This document shows positions 9,758 to 18,610 of a stretch of 40,726 nt of DNA, in pieces. Each line of letters opens with the position of its first letter. Position 1 is the first letter of the stretch. The DNA is from a virus. Below the pieces are notes generated by a model. That model made no database searches. It saw only the letters and a list, made by a program, of their open reading frames with translations, and was not told the DNA's origin. The translations under genes were made by a program, and so were the position numbers. The stretch is taken from the UHGV virus genome UHGV-0389734; one strand, given 5' to 3'.

Positions 9758-10333
9758 TTATTTATACTTTGCAAGTCTCTTTTCAAATTCAGACAACTGG
9801 CTTCCTGAGTTCGTCATGGTTTTTGGTGTGGTTCCGGTTGCTCTGGCAATCTCGGCTTTCTTAAGCTGGGATTCCACGATTTTTACAAGCTTATCAATTT
9901 TTGCATTCGTATCATCAGCATCATTCCCTACAACAAAATCAAGAACATCCTGCGTTGCTTCAATTCCTTTTTCTGCAAGAATGCCTGTGGCGCTTCTGCT
10001 AAGCTCAACCTTTGCAGCCTCCTGCTTCAGTTTTTCATTCTCTTTTTGCAACTTCTCGATCTCGTAATTCTGTTTCTGCTCAGCATTCATTTTTGCCAGC
10101 TTTTCTGCCTCTTCCTTAGCTCTCTTTACCGCCTGTTCCTGCTCAGTTTTCCATTTTGCGAATCTTTTGTTTACAATCGCATCCACATCATTGTCTGTGT
10201 ACTTTTTTTCTTCCCCGCTATCATCAGATGTGTTTTCCGGATTAACACTATCTTTCACCGCATCAGGTTCTGCTGTGTGATCTACGGTTTCTTCTGCAAA
10301 TAACTGCAGCATTCTAAACATCCTGCTCTTCAT
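9758..10333 (-). CDS. scaffolding protein, 191 aa
   Basis: Highly charged Lys/Glu-rich coiled-coil protein between the Prp-like protease and the capsid gene. N-terminus MKSRMFRMLQLFAEE. Confidence 0.65.
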   Translation of the reverse strand: MKSRMFRMLQLFAEETVDHTAEPDAVKDSVNPENTSDDSGEEKKYTDNDVDAIVNKRFAKWKTEQEQAVKRAKEEAEKLAKMNAEQKQNYEIEKLQKENEKLKQEAAKVELSRSATGILAEKGIEATQDVLDFVVGNDADDTNAKIDKLVKIVESQLKKAEIARATGTTPKTMTNSGSQLSEFEKRLAKYK

Positions 10334-10415
10334 TTTCTTTACCTCCTAAAAGTTTAATGACATTCTTCATGGTCCTTTCCCCTAGCTTTTTACGCCTTCA
10401 AGACTTGGGCGCGAA

Positions 10416-10703
10416 TTACATAATTGCTACATAATTCGGAAACTCATCGGCAATCAAGCGAATGCCAACAAAAAAGGAATCCACCAGGGTTTTTGACTTC
10501 TCTGATAGATTCCCATGATTTATATCAACCCTTCCGGGAGATATTCTGTATTCTATTTCATCATCCGTTAAGTCTTCAATAGACTGGATCAGCGTCTGCG
10601 TAAGCGCCGTAACGCCAGCACAAACAATGTCTTTTCCAGGTTCTGCGTACCCGGCGTGTCCAGAGATTTCAATTCGCTCTGGTCGGATTCTTACCTCAAT
10701 CAA
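10416..10703 (-). CDS. prp: Prp-like cysteine protease (ribosomal L27 processing protease family, DUF464)
   Basis: 95 aa with the SGHAGYAEPGKDIVCAGVTAL motif (conserved His and Cys of the Prp family). Located just upstream of the scaffold and capsid genes, as in staphylococcal 80alpha-like phages. Confidence 0.7.
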   Translation of the reverse strand: MIEVRIRPERIEISGHAGYAEPGKDIVCAGVTALTQTLIQSIEDLTDDEIEYRISPGRVDINHGNLSEKSKTLVDSFFVGIRLIADEFPNYVAIM

Positions 10704-11017
10704 TCGTTATTGCCCCCTTCGGCGTGAAATAATTGTGGATTATCGCAATGTAGCATATACAACGCATTTCCAAGTTTCTCAACCTGCTTCTCTTCCAGTT
10801 CAATACTGTACATTTCATCAAGTGCATGCAACAATTCATGTACTAAAGTCGATTTTTTCTGTTCTTCTGACGCATCTGCATTCAGGACGATTTTCTCTGG
10901 GAGATACTGGATCAGCCCATACAAATCGCCTTCTTCATCATGTAGATTCTGTTGTTCTTCTACTGTATATTCTTTATATAAAACTTTTACTTTCTCTGGT
11001 ATGCTCATATCATTCAC
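10700..11017 (-). CDS. small HExxH-motif protein, 105 aa
   Basis: HELLH motif (TLVHELLHALDE). Overlaps the Prp gene start by 4 nt. Confidence 0.35.
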   Translation of the reverse strand: MNDMSIPEKVKVLYKEYTVEEQQNLHDEEGDLYGLIQYLPEKIVLNADASEEQKKSTLVHELLHALDEMYSIELEEKQVEKLGNALYMLHCDNPQLFHAEGGNND

Positions 11018-11074
11018 GCTTCCTTCCTTAAAAATAGGTATAAAAATACCACCAGCCCGCTCGACCGATGGTAT

Positions 11075-11251
11075 CTATCTTGGGTTTAAATAACCGTTTT
11101 CATATAAAAATCTTCCTTCTTCAATAGTTAATACCGAAAAGGGATTAGGTATGCTATCATCTTCTTCTACTGGTCCATCATATTTATATTCCGATGGAAC
11201 AAATCCAAGTTTTTCACAAATTCTTTTATATTCTTTTTCCTTCTCCATCAT
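11075..11251 (-). CDS. small hypothetical protein (about 58 aa), absent from the ORF track
   Basis: My translation: MMEKEKEYKRICEKLGFVPSEYKYDGPVEEDDSIPNPFSVLTIEEGRFLYENGYLNPR. GGAGG RBS and ATGA overlap with the stop of the head morphogenesis gene. Confidence 0.4.
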   Translation of the reverse strand: MMEKEKEYKRICEKLGFVPSEYKYDGPVEEDDSIPNPFSVLTIEEGRFLYENGYLNPR

Positions 11252-12768
11252 AACACCTCCAAACAGACCCCCGCATCTACAAACTGCTTCTTTACTTCAT
11301 CAGTATATCCTGTTCTTTCTAAGTTATCAAGTGCAAAATGTGCTAATACTTGATTAAACTTTTCCTCATCAACGAAATATTTATATATTTTTCCATCATG
11401 ACACACTACTACTCCACACTTATATTGCCTGTATAAGCATGCGAGCAAGTCTCCCATACTTGGAACGCTGCTTCCTGGATGATTATGTATTCCAATGATG
11501 GTATACGGCTCTGCATCTTTCAGCATTGCGTCCATTTTCTTATTCGGCTTTGCACGACTTTCAGCATTATAATCCTTATTGATTTCATATTTTCCCGTTT
11601 TTTCATCAATATATGCTAAATCTTCAAACTTTGTTCCTGATCTGTGGAGTAACATATCTTTCGAAAGCTTCCATATATTTCTGTTGACCTTTGTTATATT
11701 GGAAATCTTATCAATTCGTCTTCTGTATTCTGGAGAATTAATGAGCTTTGAATCAACAACTGTATTTTTGTACTTATACTTCGTCTTGCTTTCTTCTTTC
11801 TCTCTCCTATTTTTCCATTCCTCAAAATTCATCCCATGTTTAGAATACCCATCCAACCATTCTCGATACTCTTTATCGTCCATATGTGCTGCTGTACTGC
11901 AATGACAATTAGGATGCATTGGATGCACATTTTCTCCGGGCATCATCTTTGATACCTTGAAATGTTTTCCATCCAAAGCCCGACAAATCGGACAAGCAGT
12001 CGGCTCTGCGATAAACTCATACTCGTCAAATCCGTTGCGGATATAAGACTGTTTCTGCGCTTCCGCCTGCACTCTCGACAACTCTGTTGCCATCAGTCGC
12101 TCTGCATTTTCCCGGCTTACTCCAAACAGTTTGGTAAGGTGTCTTGCCAGTGTTCTTGGGTTCTTGCCCTGTATCAAACCAGTCTGTAATAGCTTCGACA
12201 ATTCAGCTTTCAACATATCTTGATACATCCAAATACGGTCTGAGTATCTCGCATTGCGGAAAGAAGCGTTCACGATCGAGTGCGCCATCTTCGCATTGTT
12301 CTGGATGGATTTTCCAAGGATTCCTGCCTGCCGTTCAAATTCTTCCAGCGTTTTCTCTGTCAGGATCTGGTCAAAATACTTCTGAAGCTCATCAAATCCA
12401 CCGACAAGATGCATTCCGATATTTGCTTTAAGCATTTCCAGTCGATTGATTTTCATCGCTGCGTTATAGAGCCGCATTTCCTCATTGGCTTCCTTAGAGA
12501 AATTCTTATCCTTTACATACTGTTCTGCTTTTCGACTGTATGCATCAATATCCATTTTAGATACCCGCTTTTTTGCCTCTGCGATTGTGATCCCTTCTGC
12601 TTTTGCATATCGTGTGTAAAATCCATTAATCTCCTTCTGGATTTCATCCATCATATTCAGATAGATTCTCTCAATCTCTTTCGCGTATTCAGCTTCATCC
12701 TTGATATTCTTCTTCCGCTGCTCTTCCTCTCTATTCTTCCAGTACGTCCTGCTGCTCATCTGCCGCAC
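11248..12768 (-). CDS. head morphogenesis protein (SPP1 gp7 / Mu F-like) fused to a C-terminal RadC-like JAB domain
   Basis: The CPICRALDGKHFKVSKMMPGENVHPMHPNCHCS motif is typical of the Mu F / gp7 family. The C-terminal roughly 150 aa carry GIHNHPGSSVPSMGDL, resembling the RadC/JAB HNHPSG..PS..D motif. Confidence 0.6.
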   Translation of the reverse strand: MRQMSSRTYWKNREEEQRKKNIKDEAEYAKEIERIYLNMMDEIQKEINGFYTRYAKAEGITIAEAKKRVSKMDIDAYSRKAEQYVKDKNFSKEANEEMRLYNAAMKINRLEMLKANIGMHLVGGFDELQKYFDQILTEKTLEEFERQAGILGKSIQNNAKMAHSIVNASFRNARYSDRIWMYQDMLKAELSKLLQTGLIQGKNPRTLARHLTKLFGVSRENAERLMATELSRVQAEAQKQSYIRNGFDEYEFIAEPTACPICRALDGKHFKVSKMMPGENVHPMHPNCHCSTAAHMDDKEYREWLDGYSKHGMNFEEWKNRREKEESKTKYKYKNTVVDSKLINSPEYRRRIDKISNITKVNRNIWKLSKDMLLHRSGTKFEDLAYIDEKTGKYEINKDYNAESRAKPNKKMDAMLKDAEPYTIIGIHNHPGSSVPSMGDLLACLYRQYKCGVVVCHDGKIYKYFVDEEKFNQVLAHFALDNLERTGYTDEVKKQFVDAGVCLEVL

Positions 12769-14086
12769 CTCCGAACATCCGCTTCTCTACGATTGTTTCC
12801 TGCTTCTTTTCTTCCTCTTTCTCCATTCGATCTATTTCCTCAGTAACGTCCTTAACGATCGAGAGGACCTGCAGCTGCGTTTCCTTGGACACGATACTTT
12901 CAAGCGCCTGTGCTGTCTGCGCTTCCTCCAAGAGATTCTTCGGGATATTCCTACTCATTGTAAAATCAATATCTTTCCATGCGTCCCGATCTGACACATT
13001 CGTTGCAAGAGAGCAAAACAGTTTATACCGTTTCCTCATGGACTTTTCAGCTTTGCGGTCGAACGTCAACGCAAGATTGCTCATAGACTGCAGTTTATAC
13101 GCAAGGGAAGTTCCAGAAGCATTTCCAAAAGATTCATCACTGATGTTCGCTACCATGCTTGTCTGATAAATCAAATCCTCAAGCCGATTCAAAAGATTTT
13201 CCTGTGTTCCGTCTGCCGTAGGTTTGCCAAGAAACTGCACGATAATATCTTTTGCATTGTCTGTACCATAAAGGTTTATAATCCGGTTGTCGCGAATTTT
13301 ATAAACGCCTTCCTCGTCCAGTTCGGCGCCCAGCACTGCAAGATACGCTTCTGCGAAAGAATCTACATCGTTCGCCTTTTCTCCGATCACTCGGTTGTAT
13401 GTTTCTACCATGCCGGCAACTTCTTCATACAGACCGATTCTCTCATCGTTCAGCACGTATTCCACGCAATTGATGCGCCCATAAGGGTTCAGCACGCCCT
13501 CCTGCATCTTTTCTCCATCGAATGGGATTATTTCTGTCCTTGTAAGTATCTCACCATACCTTGCATTATCGTCCTTTTTTCCATATCTCACTGCAAATAG
13601 GGCGCGGCTCTTTACGGTATCATCGTAGACAACAAACAGTTCTTTTGGATTGCAGACTACTGTCTTTGTCTTTGCTTCTTCATCCTGGTAAAAATACTCA
13701 AAAGCATGTCCGTAGATGCAGCACTTCTTCGCCAGCTCGTATTCTTGATCTGAGATATCGTTATCCCGGTCAAATTCAAGGATCGCATCTTTTATTTTTT
13801 CGTCTGGGTGCGATTTTTTAACCGGAATCCCATAAGCGTATCCCAAAAAGGTCTCTGTGATATACCTTGGGAAATTCACTGCCAGTCGGTTATCCGGCTT
13901 CCATGATTCTTTTTCCGGAAGACGGAATACATCATGGAATCCTTTGTATAGATTCTCAAGGTATCTGTACCTTGGTATTCGCTCTTCATGCTTTCTGATG
14001 TATTCGTCTATCAATGTCATATTGATTTCTTTATCAGCGGAACATAAAAGCGGTTCCGGCAATCTGTATGGTCTTTTCCCATTCAT
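12731..14086 (-). CDS. portal protein, 451 aa
   Basis: Immediately downstream of the terminase large subunit. Size and position fit; acidic C-terminus. Confidence 0.7.
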   Translation of the reverse strand: MNGKRPYRLPEPLLCSADKEINMTLIDEYIRKHEERIPRYRYLENLYKGFHDVFRLPEKESWKPDNRLAVNFPRYITETFLGYAYGIPVKKSHPDEKIKDAILEFDRDNDISDQEYELAKKCCIYGHAFEYFYQDEEAKTKTVVCNPKELFVVYDDTVKSRALFAVRYGKKDDNARYGEILTRTEIIPFDGEKMQEGVLNPYGRINCVEYVLNDERIGLYEEVAGMVETYNRVIGEKANDVDSFAEAYLAVLGAELDEEGVYKIRDNRIINLYGTDNAKDIIVQFLGKPTADGTQENLLNRLEDLIYQTSMVANISDESFGNASGTSLAYKLQSMSNLALTFDRKAEKSMRKRYKLFCSLATNVSDRDAWKDIDFTMSRNIPKNLLEEAQTAQALESIVSKETQLQVLSIVKDVTEEIDRMEKEEEKKQETIVEKRMFGGAADEQQDVLEE

Positions 14087-14087
14087 T

Positions 14088-15356
14088 TTATATTCCTCCT
14101 CTAAATGTCTTTAACTTCACTTTGCCTTTTCTCTCCTGCTCAATAGAATATCTGAGCATTGCCATTGCATCATCAAAGAAATTCACTGGCTCATCCGTGA
14201 ATGTGTTCGTTTTCTCATCCTTTTTCCATTTCCACTGCTGGATCTCCTTAATTGTGTTTGTACAGGATGGATGAATGTGGATCGTGTGCTGCTTTAAGTA
14301 GTCAATCTGCGCTTTCACACTGTTTGGCTCTTTCTTGACCGGGCGTGCTCTGTATCCTGCTTTCTGCCACATCTTAATCCTGTCTGGCTCTGCAGAATCA
14401 CAATACATGGTAATTCTCTTCTGGAATTTTCCCTCGGCCAGCTGTATGATCTCGGATGTATCTTTTTCAAATACATACAACTCTCGGCACAAATAGATCT
14501 CTCCGTCTTTAAATCCTACCTCTCCGATACAGTTCGCATGGTTGAATCCAAAATCCTGTGAATTTACCATGTAATCGAATCTTTCTGGGGATGTATCGAA
14601 TTCCTCAACCACATAATTTGTAAGGATAAGACCGCCAGTTTCTCCCCATTCACCGAGTCCATAAATCCGATATCCGTCAGGATCCCGTTCTTTACGCATC
14701 ATCATGCGCCGGTGATATGCTTCGTCTATGAACCGATTCTGCAGGTACGTGGACTGGTGTGTGTATACATCGTCGCTCTTAATGTCAAAATACTTTGCCT
14801 TCAGCCAGTGCGTTGCTGACACTGGATTGAAGCTGAATGTAATCTGGTAATACAAAAATGGATTGAATGACAAGTCACCTCTGAGTCGGTCATCGAGAAT
14901 ATCGACATCCGCTTCATATAGCTCCGTTGCTTCTTCAATCCATATCCATGTTAATTTTCCGACATCAAATGTGATAGACTTAACCTTTTCTCGCTGTCCA
15001 TCGTCTTTCATCCCTCGGAAAATCACTTTATTCCCAGTTACTTTAGATATCAGCTCCATTGGATTGCTTCTGATCTGCCAGAATAATCCAGCCTTATCTC
15101 CGTATATCTTGTATATTGCACTCTTCAACTCCGCATAAGTACTATCTTTGTTTGTTGTGTCTACTTTCCGGACGCACAAGAGATTTGCACCTTTATACTT
15201 TGGATCGCCAAGTTTGATGATAAAATTCTGTGCAATGTTTACCGACTTTCCGGATCCAGCAGAGCCTTTTGCCAGTCGATATCGTTTCTTACACTCATTG
15301 AATTCTTTAAAATTTCTGTTAAATCCAACATTAACTTCCTTCATCTTCATCACCAT
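14088..15356 (-). CDS. terL: terminase large subunit, 422 aa
   Basis: Walker A motif LAKGSAGSGKS near the N-terminus. Follows the small subunit gene. Confidence 0.8.
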   Translation of the reverse strand: MVMKMKEVNVGFNRNFKEFNECKKRYRLAKGSAGSGKSVNIAQNFIIKLGDPKYKGANLLCVRKVDTTNKDSTYAELKSAIYKIYGDKAGLFWQIRSNPMELISKVTGNKVIFRGMKDDGQREKVKSITFDVGKLTWIWIEEATELYEADVDILDDRLRGDLSFNPFLYYQITFSFNPVSATHWLKAKYFDIKSDDVYTHQSTYLQNRFIDEAYHRRMMMRKERDPDGYRIYGLGEWGETGGLILTNYVVEEFDTSPERFDYMVNSQDFGFNHANCIGEVGFKDGEIYLCRELYVFEKDTSEIIQLAEGKFQKRITMYCDSAEPDRIKMWQKAGYRARPVKKEPNSVKAQIDYLKQHTIHIHPSCTNTIKEIQQWKWKKDEKTNTFTDEPVNFFDDAMAMLRYSIEQERKGKVKLKTFRGGI

Positions 15357-15912
15357 AGTCTACTACAATCTTCATGTCCATATCTCCTGCTACATCCAGC
15401 TTGTCATTCCACATACCTAAATGCCTGCCGAGAAGCTCGAGCGCCTTTACCTTGTCGCAGGGCTTCTGTTCCAATCCATCGCGCCCCTTTTTAATCGTTC
15501 CGAGGGCTCGCTGCTGTTCCTCAGTAAGGTTATCTGTAAGCTCCAATTCTACGGTCCGATACAGAATCGGTTCTCCGTCTTCTCCTACAAGTGGAATAAT
15601 ATTTCCATCTACTTCTGCTGTAGCCTGTTTCTCAACTACTTTCGCGTAGTCTGAAGCCTTGGAAAAAGCAATGGCAGCCAATTCCTGTAGCACCATGTCC
15701 TGGGTGATCTCCGTTCGTTTCTGCCGTTCTTCCATTCGTTCTGTGATATATGTTTGAATCCGAGTATTTCCGAGTAATTTTCTTGCTGCTGCATCTGCCG
15801 AACTATCTTTTTTGCAATTCGGATACGCCGCGCGGTAAGCCCGTGTGGCATTTAGATCAATCAAGTACTCATCTGCAAATATTTTCTGTTTTTCTGTCAT
15901 AGGACTCACCAC
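15331..15912 (-). CDS. terS: terminase small subunit, 193 aa
   Basis: N-terminal KQKIFADEYLIDLNATRAYRAAYP motif typical of Terminase_2 family small subunits. Confidence 0.7.
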   Translation of the reverse strand: MVSPMTEKQKIFADEYLIDLNATRAYRAAYPNCKKDSSADAAARKLLGNTRIQTYITERMEERQKRTEITQDMVLQELAAIAFSKASDYAKVVEKQATAEVDGNIIPLVGEDGEPILYRTVELELTDNLTEEQQRALGTIKKGRDGLEQKPCDKVKALELLGRHLGMWNDKLDVAGDMDMKIVVDYGDEDEGS

Positions 15913-15937
15913 CTTTCAATCTGTTAATTTAATACAT

Positions 15938-15962
15938 AGAAAAAGAGACACCGAAGTGCCTC
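15938..15962 (-). terminator. Rho-independent terminator after the DUF2971-like gene
   Basis: Minus strand GAGGCAC-UUCG-GUGUCUC hairpin (7 bp, one G-U pair, UUCG tetraloop) followed by UUUUUCU. Confidence 0.55.
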
Positions 15963-15969
15963 ATTTTCC

Positions 15970-16710
15970 TTACTTTCTTACAGGTATTTCTGAATATACG
16001 ACTATAGTTTCATTTAACCCATAAACTTTTATTGTTTCTTTTATCAAATTCGCAAACCATCCTCCTGCAAACGGGCTAACATACACTGATTCTATAAGTT
16101 CGTTTAAATCGATGCTCACATTTTTTCCAGGCTCTTCACCTGAAAATTCTAGAAATAAAGCTCTAATTTCTTCTTCATAGCTATACGGCTTTATTTTGTA
16201 TACCTCCCTAATAGGGGTTTGCACTTCACAATCCTGGAATTTGTATCCAACTTTTGGAAATGTAACTTCAGTATTTTTGTTTTCAAACGAATCCATATAT
16301 TGCATTGCATATACGTTTATTTTTTTATCGTTTAATGCTTTTTTCAACTTTCCAACTGTTGTTTTTATTGCTACTCCTGATTCTTCATCTGTGTAAATTT
16401 TCCACAAAGCATACGATTCTTGACCGTTAAATTTATTCCAACAATTAGCATACACATTCCTAACAGAATTCAAATGAGACTGGATACCTTTATACCCTTC
16501 TTCAAAGTTTTTATCCCAACCTTTGAAAAAGCCTGCTGGTATTTCTCCTTCATGCGCATCTTCAAAGATTTTTACATTTGTAAAGAAAAGCTTCTTAAAT
16601 ACTAAAAGGCTCATAAATTTACTTAAACTCATATACCTTATAATTTCTTCATCATCGCCCACAGAAAATTTTGCTTCAGTTTCTGACATATCGCCTATAG
16701 TTCTAACCAT
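15970..16710 (-). CDS. DUF2971-like protein, 246 aa (accessory gene)
   Basis: N-terminal IIRYMSLSKFMSLLVFKKLFFTNVKIFEDAHEGE matches the DUF2971 N-terminal pattern. The region is visibly AT-rich compared with its neighbours. Confidence 0.45.
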   Translation of the reverse strand: MVRTIGDMSETEAKFSVGDDEEIIRYMSLSKFMSLLVFKKLFFTNVKIFEDAHEGEIPAGFFKGWDKNFEEGYKGIQSHLNSVRNVYANCWNKFNGQESYALWKIYTDEESGVAIKTTVGKLKKALNDKKINVYAMQYMDSFENKNTEVTFPKVGYKFQDCEVQTPIREVYKIKPYSYEEEIRALFLEFSGEEPGKNVSIDLNELIESVYVSPFAGGWFANLIKETIKVYGLNETIVVYSEIPVRK

Positions 16711-16855
16711 TTCTTTTCCCCATTCATTTGCTTTCCTTTTATTCTACTCCTAAAATAATCAGTATTCAACACATCTTTTAGTACTGCTGCTCGAAATAAT
16801 GGCAACCATATTCATTAACTATATTTCTGAAATACACTGCTCGAACATTTTCTTT

Positions 16856-17637
16856 CTATACTCCTAAAAAGAATTTAAGGAATCTATTTCCATATGGTGT
16901 TATTTTATACCTTTCCCCCCTCGTAATCTTTTTCAATGTCTTTAGTTTAGGATTTTTCTTTCCTTTGGAAAGGTCTTCAATATAACTAGTTATATTACTA
17001 AGATTTTCATTCATGTATTCTTCGTTTCTATTTTGTAAAAGCCCTAGTCGCTCCAGCTTCTCTCTGATTAGACTCGCTTGTGAATCATCTATTTCATGTT
17101 CTCTCATTAAACGATATATATCATCATTTTTTTCTTCATCGACATATGAAAAACTATACAATTTCAGCATTCTTATATCCACTAAGCTTAACTGATCTAA
17201 TGTTTCATAATACATTAGTACTATATCGTCTTTTCCCGAATAGTTTTCAGCTAAATTCATCAAACCATTTACAATAAAACTTATTTTTTCTTCCTGTTTT
17301 GTATTCTGAACAAAATCTGACACAAGTGGGAAAATTTCAGACTTAAATTTTTCTTTTTCCGCATTTTCTAATTTGTTCAACCTTTCATTAAACTTTTCTT
17401 GTCTCTGGCATATATCGTAAATATATTTTTCCCAGTTACGTTCCCATCTCTTTTGTTGATACGCAACCATAATGCCTCCTATTCTTGGCGATATCGCCCC
17501 TACCGCTCCTCCTATTGCTGCTTCCACAACAGTCCCGCGCACCATCTCTCCTACGAGTGCTGGAGCTGCTTCTTCCACCAAAACTTCTCCTATGTACCCC
17601 TTTGTTGCGCTAATAATATCGTGTATCTTTTCAGCCA
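16856..17637 (-). CDS. hypothetical protein with N-terminal Gly/Ala-rich hydrophobic segment and C-terminal coiled coil (about 260 aa)
   Basis: Likely start is ATG at 17637 (MAEKIHDIIS) with GGAGG 8 nt upstream. The longer track ORF (to 17746) would abut the tRNA. The GEMVRGTVVEAAIGGAVGAISPRIGGIMVAY segment is followed by a Lys/Glu-rich helical region. Confidence 0.45.
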
Positions 17638-17748
17638 TAATTGTTTCCTCCATTTTATTCAGTATACTGGAATAATTATACTGTATAAAATAGGCTATAA
17701 CAACCATGGGAAATCTAATCTCGCTACAAGTATCGAAATTATCCACAA

Positions 17749-17822
17749 TCCGGACAACGGGAATCGAACCCGTGACACACAGCTTATAAGGCTGCTGCTC
17801 TAACCGACTGAGCTATGTCCGG
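17749..17822 (-). tRNA. tRNA, anticodon UAU (Ile-type reading AUA), 74 nt, no encoded CCA
   Basis: Hand-folded cloverleaf on the minus strand: acceptor CCGGACA/TGTCCGG, U8, D-arm GCTC-AGTCGGTTA-GAGC, anticodon arm GCAGC-CTTATAA-GCTGT, T-arm ACGGG-TTCGATT-CCCGT, discriminator A. Confidence 0.65.
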
Positions 17823-18020
17823 TAGGATGCCTTTTATTGACATCCTTTACCCTATCCGCACTCGGGTACTGACACTAAATATAGATTGCTGAATCTATTT
17901 TTTGTTTGTTGTCTTTTGCAGATCTGCGGATATCTGCGTTTTGGTACCATTTGCAATGTAAGTCCGGCGTGCACTCCCAGAACAGACCTCAGCTGTGCGG
18001 CCTGTATACTCACATCACAA

Positions 18021-18045
18021 AACCGTGTGCAGGGATCGAACCCGC
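18021..18045 (-). other. tRNA 3'-half-like fragment (T-arm plus acceptor 3' strand) without a foldable 5' half
   Basis: Minus strand GCGGG-TTCGATC-CCTGC followed by ACACGGT. No matching D or anticodon arms could be built. Confidence 0.3.
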
Positions 18046-18190
18046 TTGTCCCAACTGACCACGGCATAGAAACACCGCCAGACAAGAAAGGGGAGAAGTC
18101 CGGCGGTGTTCCGAATGTTTGGAAAGATTGTTTTATAACAATATATAATCGTTCTAGAATAATTATATCATAAGTAAAATGTTAATTGTG

Positions 18191-18610
18191 TTAATCTTTC
18201 AGATATTCGCTAATTATTTGTGAAATTCTTCCTCTGCTATATCCAATGATGTCTGCAACTTCATCCTGCTTCTTACCCTCGAGAAACGATAACTCAAATA
18301 TCTCCTTAATCTCCGGATCATCAATCCCATTTATGTAGTCCTCTACTTCTTTTTGCTCTTTCAGAATCCGCAGCCTGTCCGCTTCTTTTCTTCTGATCTG
18401 ACGTCTTATATTCTCTTCCTCGTAAGGATCATACATTTGTACAGATGTTCTCACTTCGGTGTATGGGAAATCTGCACTGGATCCAGTTACTTTCCCCATA
18501 ACAACAGTTGGTTCCCGTTCGCAAAGTTCTTGTATCCTCTCCTCTATTCGGATTAACCTGTCTTTGTTCGGCTTATACTTTTTTAAAGTTTTCTTGTCCA
18601 CTGGAAACAC
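18191..18610 (-). CDS. late-gene transcriptional activator (sigma-70 region 4-like, ArpU/RinA-type)
   Basis: 139 aa. C-terminal EIFELSFLEGKKQDEVADIIGYSRGRISQI resembles a sigma region 4 helix-turn-helix. Located upstream of the packaging genes. Confidence 0.55.
   Translation of the reverse strand: MFPVDKKTLKKYKPNKDRLIRIEERIQELCEREPTVVMGKVTGSSADFPYTEVRTSVQMYDPYEEENIRRQIRRKEADRLRILKEQKEVEDYINGIDDPEIKEIFELSFLEGKKQDEVADIIGYSRGRISQIISEYLKD

Noticed and set aside
17985-18110. Possible second complete tRNA gene
   Set aside because: Only the T-arm and acceptor 3' strand can be built. I could not find D or anticodon arms at any spacing, so it is kept only as a fragment.
17852-18173. Track ORFs 17852-18085 (minus) and 17886-18173 (plus) over the tRNA-proximal non-coding region
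   Set aside because: They overlap the tRNA-like fragment and hairpin. They have no RBS and compositionally odd products.
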